A DNA stretch of 63,926 nucleotides, filler included, from Olpidium bornovanus S191 (GCA_017911155.1; 28 parts of 28 records of this genome joined end to end with filler, not necessarily neighbours in it); one strand, 5' to 3'; shown: positions 33,600-46,431, counted from the whole stretch's first letter. The notes: a model not told the origin generated them from the letters alone. Made by a program: numbers and translations.

Positions 33600-34472
33600 T
33601 CACGGTTCCCCGATGATGGCCTTCAGTGCGGCAAAGTCCTCGTCCGAAAGCGCGGGCGCCGACTCCAGCTCAAGGTCTTCCTTCATGTGGGTTCTCGACG
33701 TGGTACCGTTGAGAGGCACGATGCCTAGCATTTGGACAAACTTGAACCAGACGCCTTCAGGGGTCAGGCCAGTTCGGGCGGCCACGCGCCGGAGCTCGTG
33801 GGAAGCGAGGGCCGCCCTGTTGCCGGTGAGGGTCCAGAAGCTTTGATAGGTGATGCCGTTGCAGCGGCAGAAGGCGCGGACCTCCCTGTCCCACCCGGTG
33901 TCGGGGTAGAAGCGGTTCTGCAGGACGGCGGGCTTGACGCGGGCGGCGGCGTGCAGCTCGCGCAGCTCGCGCAGGTCGTAGCAGTTGCTCAGGCCGACGC
34001 GGAGGACGCGGCCGCGGTCGACCTCCAGCTCCAGGGCGCGCCACGCCTGCATGGTGAGGGCGTGGGTGCGCAGCGGCGAGTGCAGCAGGACGGCGTCCAG
34101 GTAGGAAGTCTTGAGGTTCGAGAGAGACTTTGCGACCGACTGGTGCACCTGCGCGTCGACGGGGGCCTCCGGGTCGTACGGCAGCGGCTTCGAGGGGTCT
34201 TGGCCGTCGAGGGACGTGAACTTGGTCTGCAGGTACAGGGAGTCCCTCGGGACGGCGCCGGCGCCGGCGGGGGTGTCCCCCCGCGACAGCGCCTCCAGGG
34301 CGTCGCCGACGAGGTGCTCCTGGTAGTGTTTTGGCTGGCAGGCGGGGTCAATGCCCCGGAAGCCGGCCCTGACCGCTTCGACGACCAGCGCGGAGGTGGC
34401 CTGCCCCTTCCACGCCGTGCCGTAAATCATGGCGGGCATGTCCCTGCCGCGGCGAGAGACGGCGCCGGCCAT
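33600..34472 (-). CDS. Aldo-keto reductase, single exon, apparently complete
   Basis: MPAMIYGTAWKG...GFRGIDPACQPKHYQEHLVG...LYLQTKF...YLDAVLLHSP...VGLSN...LQNRF...YQSFWTL...PLNGTTSRTHMKED. Tetrad D/Y/K/H present. The start may be at 34439. Confidence 0.92.
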   Translation of the reverse strand: MAGAVSRRGRDMPAMIYGTAWKGQATSALVVEAVRAGFRGIDPACQPKHYQEHLVGDALEALSRGDTPAGAGAVPRDSLYLQTKFTSLDGQDPSKPLPYDPEAPVDAQVHQSVAKSLSNLKTSYLDAVLLHSPLRTHALTMQAWRALELEVDRGRVLRVGLSNCYDLRELRELHAAARVKPAVLQNRFYPDTGWDREVRAFCRCNGITYQSFWTLTGNRAALASHELRRVAARTGLTPEGVWFKFVQMLGIVPLNGTTSRTHMKEDLELESAPALSDEDFAALKAIIGEP

Positions 34473-34959
34473 GACAAAATCGCCAAAGTCGAAGGCGTAG
34501 ACGATATACGCGGTTCCTTAATCTTTTTTTTTTTTCTCTCTTTTTTTTTTCCCCACACGCCTCGTTCGTCCTAGTCTCCGCGCTCCTCAGATCAGATATT
34601 ATGGTGGCATTTTCTTGGCAACAGGGGATATGGATACCAATGTGGCCTCTCACACCTATGCGGATCTCAGTGGCAATCGTGTCCAGTGTTCAGAACAATC
34701 CCCGGAAGTTGGCTGAGGGCAGAGGTATGTCCAATGGCCGCGTCATTGGCGGGCGNNNNNNNNNNNNNNNNNNNNNNNNNNNNNNNNNNNNNNNNNNNNT
34801 TAATTAATTAANNNNNNNNNNNNNNNNNNNNNNNNNNNNNNNNNNNNNNNNNNNNCATGAAAATCTGTCGACGCGCGGCAGGGTGTGGCGCGGAAGGGAA
34901 ACGGGAGCCGATCATATTCAATCCAATAGCTTTTAAATCGGCGAAACCCTAAGCAAAAG

Positions 34960-36210
34960 GAAAAAAAGAATCGGTACGTACACAGGATTACTTTTTTCGA
35001 CGGCGAGAGCCCGCGCTTGGTGCGGTAGTCGACCCATTCTCCGGTCAGACTGTAAACGGACTGAGTACTATTCTCCCCGGTCTCGGCGGGGACTGCGGCG
35101 AAGCCGTGAGCGTTCCGTGCCTTCGTGGACTCTCGCTCGGGGGCCAGAAGTTCCTCCCTCCGGACGTCGATCCGCACGAACGTGATGCGTACGCGCGGAG
35201 GAACGGGCTGGTAGAGGAAGCTGACGTGGAGCCAGGCGTAATAGGCAAGAATTTTATTCAAGCTTGAGCCGCGTCGACACGGCCGCTTCCTCCGTGTCCA
35301 CGCCCCGAGATGTTTCAGTGCCGTCTCACCTAGTCTGAAGCCGTATCCGCGGAATAGTCATGTCTGCCCTGAGTGCAGGGCCCCGTCGGTGGGCGATGCG
35401 AAGTACGCACGTTTCGCGTAGTATTTTATGTTAGAAGGGATGGGAAAGAAAAGAAAAGAAACAAAAAACCCGGCGTGTTAAGGCGACGGCATCTTCAGTG
35501 TTCGCCCACCGTTGAAACGTTGACTTGGCTATGGCCATGAGAACATAAAAATATAAGGGCCAAGTGTCCCAGGGCGGCTTCCTGGTCAACAGCGCATAAC
35601 ATGCCGCGTTAACCTGGCCGCCGGTGACCTTGAGTAGGTACGCGGCCTCGCCGGCCCCCCAGACCAGCGAACTGACGGCCGAGTGCACAAGCTCAGTTAC
35701 GCCGAAAGAATGGGGGTCGCGGAAGATCAAGGACCAATCCGGAAACTTCAAGGCTCCCGGCGCGGCACACTGGCACTGTGCGTTCTGGTCGTCGCGACTT
35801 CCCGGTCCGGCTCTCGTGGAGACCTGCTGAGGTGCGGCCATCGCGGTGCCGCCACCGCCGAAACCACCGGAAACGCCGAGCGCAACAACTTCGGGCCTCG
35901 TTGGCGCCGGAATCCATGGTTCGCGGAGTGCGAGCGGAGGGGGTTGCGACTGCAGGCAGCGCTCCGTTCTTCGCCCGGTCCTCTGCCGGGGTGGCGCGCT
36001 CATCGCGAGCACGGGCTGCAAGGTTCCCAGTCGCCCGGGGGCCCGTGTGCCGACTTGCTTGCTTCCGCGCAGCCCGCGGCCAACGGCGGGACGGGGAAGG
36101 TCCCGTCTCTCCGCTCGCCTTAACGACGCGAGCGCGGGGGTGCCAGAGGGCGTGCGATGGGAGTTATGATGACGACGACGACTACGACGAACCCGCCCTG
36201 CCCCGCCCAC
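34960..36210 (-). CDS. Hypothetical multi-exon protein, partial
   Basis: Coding-like blocks (FPDWSLIFRDPHSFGVTELVHSAV...WPLYFYVLMAIAK; KILAYYAWLHVSFLYQPVPPRVRITFVRIDV) separated by homopolymer-rich introns. Family not recognised. Confidence 0.5.
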
Positions 36211-36341
36211 ACGCGGCGGAGGGGGCGACTGAGAGCGGGGGNNNNNNNNNNNNNNNNNNNNNNNNNNNNNNNNNNNNNNNNNNNNTTAATTAATTAANNN
36301 NNNNNNNNNNNNNNNNNNNNNNNNNNNNNNNNNNNNNNNNN

Positions 36342-36378
<37 letters not shown>

Positions 36379-36399
36379 CCTCGCGCGCCTCGGGACTCA

Positions 36400-36900
36400 G
36401 TCAACCGCAAGCTCCACACGTATCGGTCAAATCTTGCGTGGGAAGCCGGTGATATCTCATCGGCGAAAAAAGTCCCGCCTTTCTCGGTGTGAAATCCTTG
36501 TGCCGCTGCCCGAATTTCAGCCGGGGGAAACTCGGCTTGCCATTTGCGCCTCCCAACACGCAAGGCTGCCTGTCGTGAAACTGTCTTTGCCCGCTCCAAA
36601 TCGCTGCGGCCGTGGCCTGCCTCAATCCAGCCGCGATGGAAACACCTCGTGTTTTCGTTACGCTTTCCGTGTCGACGGCGGGGCACCGTGGCGTCGTCGT
36701 CATCATAAATCGTCGGGGAAAACGGAACGTAGTTTTGGTTTGGTGAGGGCAAGGCGCAAATTCACCTTTGAGCGCACTACGGGGAGGGAAGACGTGACGT
36801 ACCCGGTGCGGGTTGCAGGTGCGGTTGCCGGTGCGCTCGGGAAATGCGCTGCGATGCGGCGCATCGAAGAGCGCATCGGCGCATCAAGGAGCCGCATAAT
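36400..36900 (-). CDS. Hypothetical protein divergent from LEA1, possibly mitochondrial, partial
   Basis: Arg/Ser/Ala-rich leader MRLLDAPMRSSMRRIAAHF and a coding-like block AAQGFHTEKGGTFFADEISPASHARFDR. Exon structure uncertain. Confidence 0.3.
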
Positions 36901-37265
36901 GCAAAAACCTTTTCCTTTTGACACGGTAACTTTTCGTTTCGCGGGTTGCCTGGGGGGGGGGGGGGGGGGGGGGGGGGGCGGGGGGGGGGGGGGGGGGGGG
37001 GGGGGGCATGTCAGAGGGCGGCCGCAATGAAAAAAAAAAATAATGATGACGCCAAAAAAAAAAAAAACTAAAAAAAGAATTAAAAAAAAAATCCCGTTGG
37101 GGCCGTTGACGTTACGTAGTTGGGGACACAAAAAAAGGGGAGGGAAAAAATAATCTTCCCTTCGGCTTTCCTCCCCCGCCCCCGCCCACACTCCCTCCCC
37201 TCTCGTCTGCGCCCGGTCCCGGAGGAGAACGAAGGACGCGCAAAAAACCCGCCCGCGTGACGGCC

Positions 37266-38205
37266 ATGAAAATAACCGCGGACCTCATCCAGAACTCGCC
37301 GTCGTTCATCAACGCGGTGAAAGACAGGGAGCTGGACCTGCGCGGGAACAAGATAAACCAAATCGAGAACCTCGGCGCGACGAAGGTGAGCGGGTTCCCC
37401 CCCCCCCCCCCCCCCATGCGCCGGCTCCGGCGCCCTTTTGTCCTTCGTTCGCCCGCTCCCCAGGTTGCCGGGAGGCCGCGCGCCTTTTCGTCGTGACCGA
37501 CGCCGTCCCCATCCTGTGCCCATTCTGCCCGCCCAGGGGCAAACCTCAACTCGTCCCGTCCCGGGCTGCTTCGGCTTTTCCCCTCCCGCGGCGACTGCAC
37601 GTGGCCGGCAACGCCAACGTACTGCTTGTCTCGGAAAGAAAAGACGCGGTTTTCGCTTCCTTGCTGGCTGCTGCTGCGTGCTAAAAGACGTTGCGGGGCC
37701 CGGATTCCCCTAGGATCTAAATGACTGCATAGATTTTTCCGACAACGACCTCCACTTTTTGGGCAACTTCCCGCTGCTGCCGCGGCTTCACGTCATACTT
37801 GCCAGCAACAACCGGATACAGAAGCTGGACGCTTCCTTAGGAGATTTCTTGCCAAATCTCACTGCCTTGGTGCTGACGAACAACAGTATCGCAGAGCTCG
37901 AGGATCTCACTGCGCTCAGGTCACTATCGAAGCTCGTCCACCTCAGTCTCCTGGACAACCCTGTCTCGAAAAAGCCGCACTACCGCGAGTGGGTAACCTA
38001 CAATTTGCCGAAGCTGAGAGTTCTGGACTTCCAGAAAATTGGGGACAAGGTAGGGCCAGTGACTCTTTGCCGGGAGACGATTTTTTCAGCGTCGTCTGAA
38101 GAGGAGGCAGAGCCTGCAGTGCAAGCGGTGTCCAGCGCGGCGGGGGCCGCTGCGGGCGGTCATACAACGCCGCGCTGCATTTTGGCCAGGGACGAGGTTC
38201 GCATG
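37266..38205 (+). CDS. LEA1: U2 snRNP protein A' (LRR), partial
   Basis: Exon 37266-37385 MKITADLIQNSPSFINAVKDRELDLRGNKINQIENLGATK; intron GTGAGC...TAG; exon 37714-38049 DLNDCIDFSDNDLHFLGNFPLLPRL...NNRI...LTNNSI...LLDNPVSKKPHYREWV...LRVLDFQKI. Confidence 0.96.
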
Positions 38206-39141
38206 GNNNNNNNNNNNNNNNNNNNNNNNNNNNNNNNNNNNNNNNNNNNNTTAATTAATTAANNNNNNNNNNNNNNNNNNNNNNNNNNNNNNNNNNNNNN
38301 NNNNNNCAAACGCAATGGGCCACCGTCACGTGCCTGTGCCTGCGGCCTGCGGGTTCTCTGCGGGGAACGATCCGTAACGGAGACCTAATTCTTTTCAGGA
38401 CCGACCGGGAGGGCACGAAAGCCCATGAAGAACAGGCCTCAATAAGACTTGCAACGGGGAGTAAAAGCACGTAAAAAAAAAAAAAAAAAGAAAAAAAAAA
38501 AAAAAAAAGCCACCCTTCCCCTTGCTTCGCCAAGAGCACGTACAGCCCTCGTCCTCCTTGAATGGAGCGAGTTCGTCCATTAGCCTTTGAACGACGCGTG
38601 ACGCTTGGCGTTGTTCACCACCTCCCTACAACAGATTTCTGATTTTTTTGCGCGTGAGGGCGAACACGGGGGAAGCGTGTTCCGCCGGTGGTTTTTGCCC
38701 TTCCCGCTCGACGGGAGGAGCCAACGGGGCTCCTGACGGTAGTCGGCCGGCCAGGTCTGCACGTGAAAGCGCGCGAGAGGCTCTTGGCCGATCGGCGAGG
38801 CGCGTGCGAGGAGAGATTGCTCGGCAACCTGCTCTGCCTGTTTAATAAAGACCTCGTAATTGGAGGTCGGGGGAGGCGTGGGGGAGCACCGTCACCGTTT
38901 CAATTTTTGGTTGCGTTTAACTTAATGACAACTACGTGAAGAACACGGAATTCCATCAAAGACTGGGGGCACAAGAGCCCACCCCCGCCGGGCCCACCCA
39001 TATCCCGTTCACGTAACATCTGAAGGGCCCTGCGCAAACACTGTCCCCCTCCCCGGCAAATAAAAACAAAAGTCGCGGCGGTGCCGCTGACGCCGGCTGG
39101 ATCCGGAACGTCACCCGACTGCGGCGATATCTGTACGTATC

Positions 39142-39420
39142 CTAGCTAAAACCTACCACTTTCCAAATAAGTCCAGTGTCAAAGGGAATACCGGGGTTCT
39201 CACCGACAACCATGGAAACGATTCGGAAACGATTATCTTTGATTATTCTTTTTTGTCCTGCCGGATCGGGAATAATTAGATCAAGCGTGAGCAGTGATCG
39301 TAGGAGGAACGGAATGCCGGGGACCGAAGGGAAGTCAGAGACATGCGCCGTTTGACCACGACCTCCGGCACCTCGGGGGCCTGACGGCCAATCTCGAAAC
39401 AAACGCATCCAGACTCGCAT
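39142..39420 (-). CDS. Short orphan ORF
   Basis: Protein-like composition (DLIIPDPAGQKRIIKDNRFRIVSMVVGENPGIPFDTGLIWKVVGFS); no recognisable family. Confidence 0.25.
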   Translation of the reverse strand: MRVWMRLFRDWPSGPRGAGGRGQTAHVSDFPSVPGIPFLLRSLLTLDLIIPDPAGQKRIIKDNRFRIVSMVVGENPGIPFDTGLIWKVVGFS

Positions 39421-39562
39421 TCTTATCTTTTGCTCACACGGGGCTCCCTGCCGTTACCCTGCNNNNNNNNNNNNNNNNNNNNNNNNNNNNNNNNNNNNNN
39501 NNNNNNTTAATTAATTAANNNNNNNNNNNNNNNNNNNNNNNNNNNNNNNNNNNNNNNNNNNN

Positions 39563-40645
39563 ATTGGTGGAGGTTGCGGGTGCGGAGGCTGACGACGTGG
39601 AACCCGACGACGAAAGAATGACAGGGCCGGTTGTCGCGTGGAACGAAGCCCGCTGGGGGCAGTGGCAGAAGCGATCCGGCGGGTTGTTGAGGAGGCGGAG
39701 GTGGAACCGGAAGCTAGCGGAACGACGGCACTTCTGGTTGCAGATGCGGGGGCGTGACTGGCGCGAGGCTGTGACCGTGTGACGCGGTCCGTAGGAGGAG
39801 GGGCACTCTTGGTTCCGCCACCTCCCTCTGGATTGTCATCGTCGTCGCGCGAAACGTCCCGCCAAACATCTGAGAAGAGGAAGTTTCGTGAACGGGTTTG
39901 ACCCTGATCAACTCGGGACATATCAATAGGAGGATCCTCCCGTGCGACAGCGAGCCGGCGGAGGAAATTATAGGACTCGGCACTTTGGCAGAGCTCGGAA
40001 AACCAGGAATTCCAAGCGTGGGGAGAGATGGCTGCCGGAGCATCGTCGGGGAGTTCGGCGTCTGGTTGTGGCGGGGAAACCAGGCGCATGAGAACGCGGA
40101 CTTGAATATAACTGTTATCGGCGACGGGGGCGGGACGCAAATCATAGTCGCGATCCTCAGGGCCACCAGGACCACAGTATTGCGTGTCTGACGGCAGGAA
40201 CAGGAACTCCAGGTCGCGGGGATCCGCGGTCAGCCAAAAGGTGGCTGGCCAATTCATGACCTGAAGAAACGCCTCGATCATGGAACGGCGAAGTCTGCAA
40301 GGAATCAAACGCGAGGTTATTTGCCAAAGAAGGGTGGCATTACGAAGGAAAGATTGGGACTAACTGGAGAAGGGCAACGCATGCTTCGGTGCTTCCGTCC
40401 TCGTGGACGGCGCGAAACCTCCACGCGTAATGGATAAAGCAAATCATGCGTCCGCGTAAAGTGCATTGACGTTCCGGTGTTGGGCGATCGGCGACACACG
40501 CAGCCGCGGCAGCAAGCAAGCTGCGGGAATCGCGCAACCGGTGCGCCCAGAAAGCCGTGTAGATCCGACGGGTGTTGGCGTCGAGACGTCTCCCGGTGAA
40601 CGGGACCGGGGCGGGCGCAGGAGCAGCGGACGCAGAGGACGACAT
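39563..40645 (-). CDS. Orphan two-exon protein, partial
   Basis: ORF 40645-40340 joins ORF 40308-39511 through a 49-nt GTAATG...TTGCAG intron, giving VPIFPSLRRSMIEAFLQVMNWPATFW. Ser/Thr/Arg-rich tail. Confidence 0.5.
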
Positions 40646-41095
40646 CGTGGCTGGGTGGACGGGTGGACGCGAGGGAAACTAAAGCGGTGCGGTAACGGCG
40701 TGGGGCGAGTGGCGTTGGTGGAGCCAAATCCGACTCGTTAGAAACCAAAAGAGCTGTCGGCCACGTGATACACCGTGACTGCCGAAACAAGCTCTTCAGT
40801 CCCAGGGGGGCGGCTGTTATGAAGCGAGACACTCAAGGCGATTACCGATAAAAGATTGGGCTGAACGTGAGGCTGCGGAAGAAGAAGGATTACGCGTTGT
40901 GACTCGAGACGCGTATGGTTCCCCCTCAAAGAATTTTCTTCTCCCGCCCCGCCCTCCAAAAATNNNNNNNNNNNNNNNNNNNNNNNNNNNNNNNNNNNNN
41001 NNNNNNNTTAATTAATTAANNNNNNNNNNNNNNNNNNNNNNNNNNNNNNNNNNNNNNNNNNNNATGGTCACGCCCCCCCCCCCCCCCCCCCCCCA

Positions 41096-41135
<40 letters not shown>

Positions 41136-41249
41136 CCCCCCCCCCCCAACTCTCTTCCTCCCTCGAACGAGCCAGGCGAAATACACCCATTTTTGCCTTC
41201 CGTCTTTTGTGTTTTTTTTTGACTCGGCGGTTTTATGGACAAAAAAAAA

Positions 41250-44200
41250 ACTGCAGGACCGCCGACGAGGATGTGCTTGATCGCCTGAGCACTGCGACGG
41301 CCGAAAGCGGCGGCCTGGCGACACTGTTTGCCCGCGCCTTTGGAGCCGCGCTCTCCCCGACGTCGCTGCGCGAACCGGATTTTCAGGTGAAAAAAAAAGA
41401 AATGGAACTCTTGCTTTTTGGCGAAGGTGTAGGAGGAAATGCAACGGATAAAAACGCTTCTGTCCGAAGCCGATGCGTCATACCTCACGCTTCGAGTCTA
41501 TGGACGTCCCACTCGAGATTTTATGTTCAAGCCGTTCTTTTCGCTTAACTACGCCCGAACGAAAAAAAAAAACAAACAAACAAATAAACGATCTTTGCAG
41601 ACGTCGCTCAATCTCCTGCGGAGCCTGTTGCGCATGACGGCCGACGGCGACGTCCTGCGGCGGGCCCTGCCGGCGAGCTTGTTGAACGAATCGGCGGACG
41701 ATCGCGTCGGCGGCGGCGGGGGCAAAAGCGTCGACGAGGGGATCCTCCGACGCAACCGGCTCACGTTGCTCGGCGGTGAGTCCGGCCGGGCGGAGTTGAC
41801 GCAGGCCGTCTGCAGCCTCCTGCGGGCCGGGTACCTTTCCTCGACGGCGACGACGCCGGCGGCGGCGGCACGGTCCTCCGAGTCGCCTAGAGAACGTGTT
41901 GGGGAGGCGTGTCTCGACGTCCTCCTCGCGTGGGCGATTTGCGAGCTGCCGTTTCCGTCCGAGGGATCGCCGCCGTCGCGTCCGAACGGCGTCGTTCCGG
42001 GAAGAGGGCAGGGCTGCCTGCTCGCCGGGTGCACGGACGTCGACAGAAGGTGTGGGGTTTTTTATTTTTTAATTATTTTTTTGTTGGTTTGCGACCGTTT
42101 TTGTGGTCGCGAAGGGACAAAAAAAAGTAAAAAGAAGGAAAGAAAGAAAACAAAACATTATTTTTTCGCTTTCCAGATCTTTGCCTGACCTGCTGTCGAG
42201 AATTCTGATCCGGTTCCTCGATTCGGCGGCGGCACCGGTGGCGTTTTTCAAGCTCCTGCAGCTGTACAGGGCTGTGGAGGCGGCTTCGCCGGAAAAGGAA
42301 GCCGACGGCCGTGCGCCGGGCGTGCCGGAAGAGGTTCTTCGACTGTTATGCCGGCTGCCGCCGAGCCGTAGGGACGGAGACAGCGGGGACGGTTCCGGCG
42401 GCCCGAACCGGCCGTGCGACGCCGTGCTCGTGAAGCGACGCCTTGCGGCCGCTCCGCTGTGCCCCCGCGTCGTCGACCGCCTCGAGGAGGGCGCTGCCGC
42501 GAAGCTCGTGGAAAGTTTCCGGCGGATCGTGCGGTTTTCGGCGTTCACGTAGGTAAATTACGGCGACATTAAAAAAAAATTAAAATACGCGGGCCCCAAG
42601 GGTGAATTTTTTTTTTTTCTTCCTCTCTTTTTTTCTCCTTTGCCCCTGACCCCTGGTATTCGCCTTTTGCTGAAAGTCGCCCTGTTTCCTCCACGCGGAG
42701 GCACTTGCAGATCTCGCGACGTCTGGTTTTTGAAACGCTTGAATACACTCACGTATCTGGCGGAAGATCTGTTTTTCGTTGTTGGGATGATCCGAACAAA
42801 AGTGCGTACAAAGTAACCGGTGGGTGGTTGGGGGCGGGAGGTGGAGGGGGGTTTTCCTGAACGAGGGAGGGCTGCCAATACGCCCCTCTGCTCACCCGAA
42901 ATCTCACGTACGTATCGAACGTGTCCGGGGGCCGGTCTTTAGCATCTTCGGCTCGTTCCCGCGCAGTCGCGAGATGACGCGGAACACGCGCCGGAGGGCG
43001 AACAAGGAAACATGCCCGACGAGCAGATTGTCTACGCGAACATTCCGCCGCAGCTGCGGGAGCTGGTTTACGACACCGAGGCCGCGCTGACCACTCATTT
43101 CATGGACGCGCGGCACGTTCCGAAGCTCGTGCGGCTCGCTTTGCACGCGGTTGGGCTGCCGGAAAGAGAGCCTGACGGCGATGCCGTTTGGCTCAGCATG
43201 GTGCACCACCTGGGAGCTGACCTGGACGCGCTGGACCCGCGCGGCGAAAGTTCGGCCGAGGAAGCTCACGCCGGCGGCGAGGAAGCCCGCGGGCCGTCGT
43301 TTCCGCGCGTCGAAGGGATGCGGGCGATGTACGTTTGTTTGCACTTCGCGCTCCGCGTCTTCGAAAAACACATCGCGTTCGCCGCGGCATGCAGCCCGTG
43401 CCCACGTTTGACCCGGACGCCGTCTTCCGGCGCGCGGCTGCTGCCGCTAGCGCCGCGGGGGGCGAAGTCGAGCGAAAGAGACGCGGCCGCTCCGCAATTG
43501 ATCGTGCGCGCAGTGGTGGTCCTTCTGGGGCTGCTGTGCTTTTGGGACCTGCGGAGCTGGCCGTCGGACGGCGACAGGCGCCTGGTTGTGCTGTTTCGCG
43601 CCGAACTGCTCCGCTTGTTCGACCGGACCGTCCGGCTGCAGCGCGGGCCTTCCGGCCGCGCATGGACGCTGGTGGCCGCGCTGGCCGCGTTCGCGGACGG
43701 GTGCTGCTCGCCGACGCCCGGACGAGGCGGCGACGCGGGAGACTTCGCGACGGGCCCGCGGCGGTCCCCGTGCGCGTGCACATTCATCAGGCTTCTGGAC
43801 TTGATCCTGCGCGAGCTGGAGGCCACCGCGATACGTCGAACTGCTGCCGACGAGCGGCTCGCGCGCCGCGGACAGGCAAAAATTTCCTCCGGCTGGCGGC
43901 GGCCGAAAAGCGCACGGTGTCGCGGGTCAGAAGTGCCGGAAGAGGACGACGGTAAAAGAAAACTAATTACCCGCGGGTTGATAAACGAACCTTTTTGAGA
44001 GCGGAGGTCGGGAGTGGTGGGGGAGGGGGGGGGGGGGGGGGGGGAGGGGGGGGGGGGGGAAGGGAAAAAGGGAAGGGGCGTGTACGCTAAAAATCTTCGT
44101 GGGGGGGATACCTGTTGTTTTTGCCCAGATTTTCTACCGGACATCGAATCCGAACTGGAAAAAATACACCGGCATGTGACGGCTGCCCGCCTTCCTGTTG

Positions 44201-44790
44201 GACGCCTCGGTGGGGATCCGACGCGGGAGCACCTGGAATCTGCGCTGGCCCGCGCGCTGGAGAAGATCCGCGCCGCGGCGGCGGCCCAGGCGCAGCCGGG
44301 ACCGCCGGCGTCCCTCCCTCCCGCGGCACCCGACGCGACGGGAGGAAGTCCGGCGTCGCCGTCGTCGGCGAGCGGGTTGGCCGGCGTCGCCCCGGCTTGC
44401 GATCCTCCGGCTTCCGCGAGGTCCCAGCTGGCTCCGGTCCGGCACTGCGGCCGCCGCCTCCGACACGCCAGCCCGCCGCCGCCGTCGAGACACGAGATCG
44501 CGCGGGGGCGAGATCCGGCGGTCGAACTGGAATCGCAGATAAAAGGCGGCGGCGGCGGCGCCCGGACCGGCAGCACGCAGATTTACCGGTCGCTCCCGGA
44601 GCTCGTCGCGGCGTCCAAGCCGGAGCCCCGCGCCGCCGCCGCCGCCGCCGCCGCGAACACAGGGCAGCCGCCGGCGGAAAAGCTCGCCGCGAGACCGAAG
44701 CCGCCGTACCGCCGGCAGCAGTTCGCCCGGCCGGACATGATGCTGACCAGGTACCTGCCTCCCATCGGCGCCGAAGCAGACGGGCGGTGA
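41250..44790 (+). CDS. Large multi-exon helical (ARM/HEAT-like) hypothetical protein
   Basis: Successive Leu/Ala-rich amphipathic blocks in ORFs 41439, 42103, 43012 and 44014, separated by poly-A/T introns, ending MMLTRYLPPIGAEADGR*. Family not recognised; could be more than one gene. Confidence 0.55.
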
Positions 44791-44956
44791 GGAGATTTCC
44801 TTTTCTATATATTTTATCTGTTTATTTTATTTTTTTTTGGCTGGCTTTTGAGCGCGNNNNNNNNNNNNNNNNNNNNNNNNNNNNNNNNNNNNNNNNNNNN
44901 TTAATTAATTAANNNNNNNNNNNNNNNNNNNNNNNNNNNNNNNNNNNNNNNNNNNN

Positions 44957-45901
44957 CAATCAACGACCCGCAGCCCGAAGTTCGCCAATCTTGCTTTGCG
45001 CTATTGGGTGACCTGGCCGTTGGATGTTTCGAGCATATCCGGCCCTACGTCCCGGAACTGCTGCCACGGTTGACGGAGGAGATCGACGTGAATTTCCAGT
45101 TCGTCTCAGTATGCAACAATGCCGCCTGGGCGGCGGGTGAGATCGCACTCAAGTACGGCGCCGAGACGCGGCCGTACGTCCAGCCCATGCTTGAGCGACT
45201 GGTGCCGCTGCTGGTGTACAACGAGGCGCACGGCATCACCGGGAAGGCCGGCGGCAGCCGCGCTGACGCGGACGACGATGACGAACGGGGCCGTAAGGAA
45301 TCCGGCGTGCCGCCGATGCTGGCGGAAAACTGCGCAATCACGACAGGTCGCCTCGGCCTGGTTTGCACGAACCTGGTTGCGCCTCACCTGGAGAGCTTTG
45401 TTGCGAGCTGGTGTGTAGCTTTTGCGCATTAAAGCAGGCGCCGGGTCTAAACAAGAGTCTAATTACGTCTTTGGGCACCGTTGCGTAAAACCAGGTGCAA
45501 AGCTCTGCGCAGCATCGCGGACAATGACGAGAAAGATTCGGCTTTTAGGGGACTTTGCGAGATGATACAGGCCAACCCGAACGGCGTCGTCCAGCATTTT
45601 GCGTACTTTTGCGACGCCGTTTCGAACTGGAACGCCCCTTCTCCCGAGTTGACCGAGAAATTTCGGACGGTACGTCGCGGATTGCTGCTATACGATGCGA
45701 CCTCGGCGAAGCAGCCGCGTGATTTTGTGCGCGGCTCGCGCTTCCTGCAGATTTGGTCCTCAACGCCTCGCCGCCGATGCTGTTACGTCCCTCCAGATAC
45801 TTACGGGGTTCAAGCAGCTCATGGGAGCGAACTGGCAGTCCTACGTCGCCCACCTACCGCCAGTAGTTGGGCAACGGCTCCGGGAACGGTACCAACTCTA
45901 A
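44957..45901 (+). CDS. KAP104: Transportin-1 / importin beta-2, C-terminal exons
   Basis: EVRQSCFALLGDLA...SVCNNAAWAAGEIA...LAENCAITTGRLGLVC..VAPHL..F...W / CKALRSIADNDEKDSAFRGLCEMIQANP..V..HF..FCDAV..W / ILTGFKQLMGANW...RLRERYQL*. Confidence 0.96.
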
Positions 45902-46431
45902 AAACGAGTTACCGAGAGCACGGGTGTTACCAATTTTCCCGGGTCGGTTTTTCCGCTTATGTTCAAGCCATTCGCCGGTTCGATGATATAACTGCAGACA
46001 CACAGCCGTTTCCCGATACCCGGGTCGTAAAAGAAAAGTATCAGATATTTAGAGTCAGGTGTAACAAACTTCTTTGCAAACAGTGGGTCCGGTGCTGGCC
46101 GGTCGTCGCCACCCTGCATAACAAAAAACAGACGTTAAAGGTAAGTCGGTTTCGCGTTTTTCGTCCTGGATCATAGGCGATCCAGACCCGAAACGGGAAA
46201 CCTTAAAGAGCGTGCGCAGCCCTCGATCTTTCATTATTCCTGCATTGTTTTACTTGTGTCGGACGGGACGTGAGTTTCTGGTTGAAAAAGCGTAGTCGCC
46301 TACTCCTTTCTCCCCCTGTAGCGCTCCCATGNNNNNNNNNNNNNNNNNNNNNNNNNNNNNNNNNNNNNNNNNNNNTTAATTAATTAANNNNNNNNNNNNN
46401 NNNNNNNNNNNNNNNNNNNNNNNNNNNNNNN

